NCBI GenBank assembly: GCA_964356875.1
Contig: CAYHIX010000005.1
Coordinates: forward strand, 1 to 33,316
Origin: an uncultured Candidatus Saccharibacteria bacterium
Lineage (GTDB): Bacteria; Patescibacteriota; Minisyncoccia; Phycocordibacterales; UBA9973
DNA: 33,316 bases
Direction of reading: 5' to 3'
Shown here: one piece after another, positions 28,324 to 33,316 of the stretch
How positions within the stretch are numbered: the first letter of the stretch is position 1
Layout of the letters: each line of letters begins with the position of its first letter
Position numbers and translations under genes: made by a program
Notes under the pieces: model-generated
Database searches by the model: none
The model's input: the letters and a program-made list of their open reading frames with translations, nothing else
What the model was told of the DNA's origin: nothing

Positions 28324-28365
28324 AAAGGTCAATGCGAGACATATCGCGTTGACCTTTTTTATTTT
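28324..28365 (+). terminator. intrinsic terminator
   Basis: AAAGGTCAATGCGA...TCGCGTTGACCTTT followed by T-rich tract. Confidence 0.8.
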
Positions 28366-28377
28366 CTCGAGAGCTTG

Positions 28378-28457
28378 CCCGGCAGTAAGCTGTGCTTTAC
28401 TGCCGGGTTTTCCACAGGTGTAAATTTGCTTTACATTGATAAAATATGTGCTATATT
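28378..28457 (+). promoter_or_regulatory. 11-bp inverted repeat, DnaA-box-like site and promoter
   Basis: CCCGGCAGTAA/TTACTGCCGGG 28378-28407; TTTTCCACA 28408-28416; TTTACA-16-TATATT (28430-28457) with TG extension. Confidence 0.6.
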
Positions 28458-28464
28458 AAAAGTA

Positions 28465-28551
28465 ATGAAAGCAACAGTCCGAAAAAATTATAACCTCTTT
28501 AAGCAAATTATTTGCCCTTCAAACCTTAGAAGGCTGATATTTGCGCTGTAA
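28465..28551 (+). CDS. putative leader peptide, 28 aa, leaderless
   Basis: MKATVRKNYNLFKQIICPSNLRRLIFAL; ATG 7 nt after the -10; contains a candidate antiterminator strand. Confidence 0.5.
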   Translation: MKATVRKNYNLFKQIICPSNLRRLIFAL

Positions 28552-28584
28552 AAATCTCAAAACCAAACTTACAACCCAAACACT

Positions 28585-28623
28585 AGCTTTCTAAGAAAAA
28601 CTTGGGAAGCTTTTGTTCTTTTT
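28585..28623 (+). terminator. putative attenuator terminator
   Basis: AGCTTTCTAAG-AAAAA-CTTGGGAAGCT (11 bp, two G-U) then TTTGTTCTTTTT. Confidence 0.6.
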
Positions 28624-28726
28624 ATAGGGGTTTTGATCTTTTTAAACCTCTTAATATAAAACGTCTTGGAACTTGTTCCAAGCCTTAACGCTACCAGAGC
28701 TCAATCTGGCACAGGAGAATAAAAAT

Positions 28727-28966
28727 ATGGATTTACATCCCGCAGGTGAGTCTGCATATCAAAAAGTTCATAATAAATTAAATTATGAATCTGGATTACA
28801 ACGGTTCTTTGAAAAAGAAGAAAGAAGAAAAGCAGAAGAGCAAAAAACCAGAGAAGCTCTTCAGCAAAAACTCGTTTCTTTTAAAGAAGAAAAAACTCAC
28901 ACCACGTCGCCGCCTAAGTCGGCAAAATATGACCTCGATCAGTGTCGGGGTTATGGTGAGAAGTAA
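28727..28966 (+). CDS. hypothetical charged helical protein, 79 aa
   Basis: SD AGGAG 28713-28717 before ATG 28727; E/K-rich helix. Confidence 0.6.
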   Translation: MDLHPAGESAYQKVHNKLNYESGLQRFFEKEERRKAEEQKTREALQQKLVSFKEEKTHTTSPPKSAKYDLDQCRGYGEK

Positions 28967-29035
28967 TTCTCACAAAAAAAAGATCAAGCAGGGAAAAAGC
29001 TGGAATAATACAAACCAGCTAAAATATCAAAAAAA

Positions 29036-29063
29036 GGGTTGTCGCGATACGTCGTGGCAACCC
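29036..29063. terminator. terminator-like hairpin
   Basis: GGGTTGTCGCGA-TACG-TCGTGGCAACCC flanked by A- and T-rich tracts. Confidence 0.65.
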
Positions 29064-29137
29064 AATTTTACTTTAAAACCCCTGAAAATTAAGGATTATT
29101 TTGACTAGCAAAATATTAAAATTCTGATATAATATAA

Positions 29138-31232
<2,095 letters not shown>

Positions 31233-31234
<2 letters not shown>

Positions 31235-31266
31235 ATAAAAATCCCTCTCGTGAGGGATTTTTATTT
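31233..31266. terminator. bidirectional terminator between gyrB and thrS
   Basis: AAATAAAAATCCCTC-TCGT-GAGGGATTTTTATTT. Confidence 0.88.
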
Positions 31267-31275
31267 TGCACTATT

Positions 31276-33003
31276 TTATTTTTTATTTTTTATTTCTTCT
31301 AAGAGTTTTTTGAGAGTTTCTTCAGTAGGCATTTGCCCTAGGTTGCCACTGTCTCGTGATTCTAGGGTGACTGCGCTTGCTTCTATTTCTTTATCTCCGA
31401 TCACTATCCAATAGGGGATCTTATTATTTTTTGCATCACGGACTTTTTTACCGAGGTTCTCGTCTCCATCGTCCAACTCTACCCGGATATTATTCTCTTT
31501 GAGAAGATCAGATACTTTCTTTGCATGTTCATTATGATTCTCTCGCACGGGGATGACTTTTACTTGCACAGGTGAAAGCCAGAGAGGGAAGGCACCAGCA
31601 TAATGCTCGATCAAAACACCGATAAAACGTTCGAGGGAGCCGTATATTACTCTGTGAATAACAACCGGTCTTTTCTTTGTTCCATCTTTGTCTGTGTATC
31701 CAAGATCAAATCTTTCTGGTAATTGGAAATCAAGTTGCATGGTACCCATTTGCCAATCACGACCGAGCGCATCTTTCATAACGATATCAATTTTTGGTCC
31801 ATAAAATGCACCATCACCTTCAGCTATTGAATACTCCTTACCAGAATTTTCTAACACTCTCTTAAGGGCTGATTCTGCTTTATCCCAAGTCGCCACTTCT
31901 CCAAGATGGCTTTCAGGTCTGGTTCCTAAGCGAAAACTATATTCTAGATTAAAGACCTCATAAAACTCTTTACAAATTTCCATGATGCTTTCATATTCAG
32001 TTTCGATCATGTCTTCTGTTATAAAGTTATGAGAATCATCTTGTTGAAATGAACGGCAGCGTAATAATCCGTTCAAAGTTCCTGAGCGTTCATACCTATG
32101 TAGTCTATCTGTATCAGAAAGCCGAAGAGGTAAATTTTTGTAACTTACTTGCATAGATTGAAAGACAATCATTGCATTTGGGCAGTTCATTGGCTTGATT
32201 CCATATACTTCATTTTCACCCATGTCTGCTATAAACATATCATCTTTATAGTGGTCCCAATGACCGGAAATTTTCCAAAGCTCTGATTTATTTACGAGAG
32301 GACTCGCGATTTCTAAATATCCTAAATCCGCATGTCTTTTCCTCCAATAATTTTCTAGTTCTTTATATAATATAAGTCCTTTTGGTAGCCAGTAAGGCAT
32401 ACCTGGGGCAGTTTCATGGAACATAAGTAATCCAAGCTCCTTACCTAATTTCTTATGATCTCTTTTTTCTGCTTCTTCTCTTTGAATTATATACGCATCA
32501 AGTTCTTCTTTTGTTTCAAATGCGAGTCCGTAGATACGAGTGAGCATTTTATTTTTCTCATCTCCACGCCAGTATGCTCCAGCTAGTCGGTCGAGCTTAA
32601 ATGAATCAGGCTTAACTTCGCTCATATTTTCCACATGTCCACCTTTGCAAAGGTCCCAGTAATCACCTGATTTATAAAAAGTTACCTTTTCGCCATTTTT
32701 AGTAAATTCTTCTATTAGCTCGTGCTTGTATTCATTACCTGGGTATTCTTTCTTGGCTTCGTCGCCGGATAATTCTGATTTCTCAAAAGTGCTCCATGTA
32801 GGCAGTATTTTTCGCATAGTTTTTTCTATCTTTGGAAAGTCTGAATCAGATATAGGTGTAGAAAATTCAAAATCAAAATAAAATCCATTATCTATCGCAG
32901 GACCTATAGTTCTCTTTGTGTCTGGATAAAGTTCCATTATCGCTGCTGCGAGTAGGTGAGCAAGTGAGTGTCTAATATTGTTTAATTTTTGTTCTTTATC
33001 CAT
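31276..33003 (-). CDS. thrS: threonine-tRNA ligase, lacking the N-terminal TGS domain
   Basis: RHSLAH, DLCKGGH, RDHKKLG, KPMNCP, AFYGPKID, HR...GSLERF. Confidence 0.97.
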   Translation of the reverse strand: MDKEQKLNNIRHSLAHLLAAAIMELYPDTKRTIGPAIDNGFYFDFEFSTPISDSDFPKIEKTMRKILPTWSTFEKSELSGDEAKKEYPGNEYKHELIEEFTKNGEKVTFYKSGDYWDLCKGGHVENMSEVKPDSFKLDRLAGAYWRGDEKNKMLTRIYGLAFETKEELDAYIIQREEAEKRDHKKLGKELGLLMFHETAPGMPYWLPKGLILYKELENYWRKRHADLGYLEIASPLVNKSELWKISGHWDHYKDDMFIADMGENEVYGIKPMNCPNAMIVFQSMQVSYKNLPLRLSDTDRLHRYERSGTLNGLLRCRSFQQDDSHNFITEDMIETEYESIMEICKEFYEVFNLEYSFRLGTRPESHLGEVATWDKAESALKRVLENSGKEYSIAEGDGAFYGPKIDIVMKDALGRDWQMGTMQLDFQLPERFDLGYTDKDGTKKRPVVIHRVIYGSLERFIGVLIEHYAGAFPLWLSPVQVKVIPVRENHNEHAKKVSDLLKENNIRVELDDGDENLGKKVRDAKNNKIPYWIVIGDKEIEASAVTLESRDSGNLGQMPTEETLKKLLEEIKNKK

Positions 33004-33025
33004 ATTTTTGTTTGTTTAGAATAAT

Positions 33026-33177
33026 AAAAAATCGCCCCGACAAAAAACGATTTGATCATTTTTTGTCGGGGCGAGTCATTTCGCGGTTCCACCCAACTTT
33101 GTTCTTTTATATGTATAGATTAGCCCGAAGGTCTTGCGTGCAAGATTGTGGTTGGTAGCCACAACAATCTCTATGTA
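33026..33177 (-). promoter_or_regulatory. compact T-box riboswitch, transcriptional, candidate Thr specifier ACC
   Basis: Minus strand GGG-TGGAACC-GCGA (33094-33081), antiterminator partner TCGCCCC, 16-bp terminator plus T6; ACC in hairpin loop at 33156-33154. Confidence 0.85.
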
Positions 33178-33183
33178 TCTAAA

Positions 33184-33211
33184 ATAGTACCAAATACAGC
33201 TTTTTTGTCAA
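33184..33211 (-). promoter_or_regulatory. thrS promoter
   Basis: TTGACA-16 nt-TACTAT with TG extension on the minus strand. Confidence 0.8.
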
Positions 33212-33264
33212 AGCCCAAACGGGAGAATTGCTTTTTAGCCCAAGTATGCTAGTATATAGGGATT

Positions 33265-33316
33265 ATGGTAGTACGAATGAGACATACAAAATCGCATACA
33301 AAGAACCGCCGTTCTC
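33265..33316 (+). CDS. rpmF: 50S ribosomal protein L32, 5' part, cut by window edge
   Basis: MVVRMRHTKSHTKNRRS matches the basic L32 N-terminal pattern; only 17 codons visible. Confidence 0.7.
   Translation, partial: MVVRMRHTKSHTKNRRS

Noticed and set aside
28785-29108. 107-aa Lys-rich ORF
   Set aside because: Alternative frame of the SD-led 79-aa gene, and it runs through a terminator-like hairpin.

Overview
AT-rich core-chromosome window read with genetic code 11 (TGA used as stop). Gene content and reduced protein forms fit a Patescibacteria/CPR (Parcubacteria-like) bacterium; this assignment is inference. It contains comF next to a secretin-less type IV pilus cluster (pilM, N-like, O, P-like, pilB, a lone receiver, pilT, pilC, two major pilins, pilD, four minor pilins). 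Housekeeping genes follow: ligA, truB, TerC, a UvrD-nuclease fusion, proC, trhO, shortened pheS/pheT, gyrB, thrS, the start of rpmF and two tRNA-Ser genes. The best signals are non-coding. (1) A very compact T-box before thrS whose Stem I/II domain appears replaced by a ~60-nt four-way junction showing the Thr codon ACC in a 7-nt terminal loop. (2) A leaderless Pro-rich leader peptide with full 1:2/2:3/3:4 attenuator geometry before proC, and a second attenuator of the same design before an orphan gene. (3) A ~145-bp structured cassette bounded by a duplicated tRNA-Ser 3' end. (4) A 39-nt palindrome inserted in frame in trhO. (5) Repeated leaderless promoters that reveal unannotated small ORFs, and DnaA-box motifs at pilus promoters. 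All RNA folds were derived by eye; no searches or folding programs were run.
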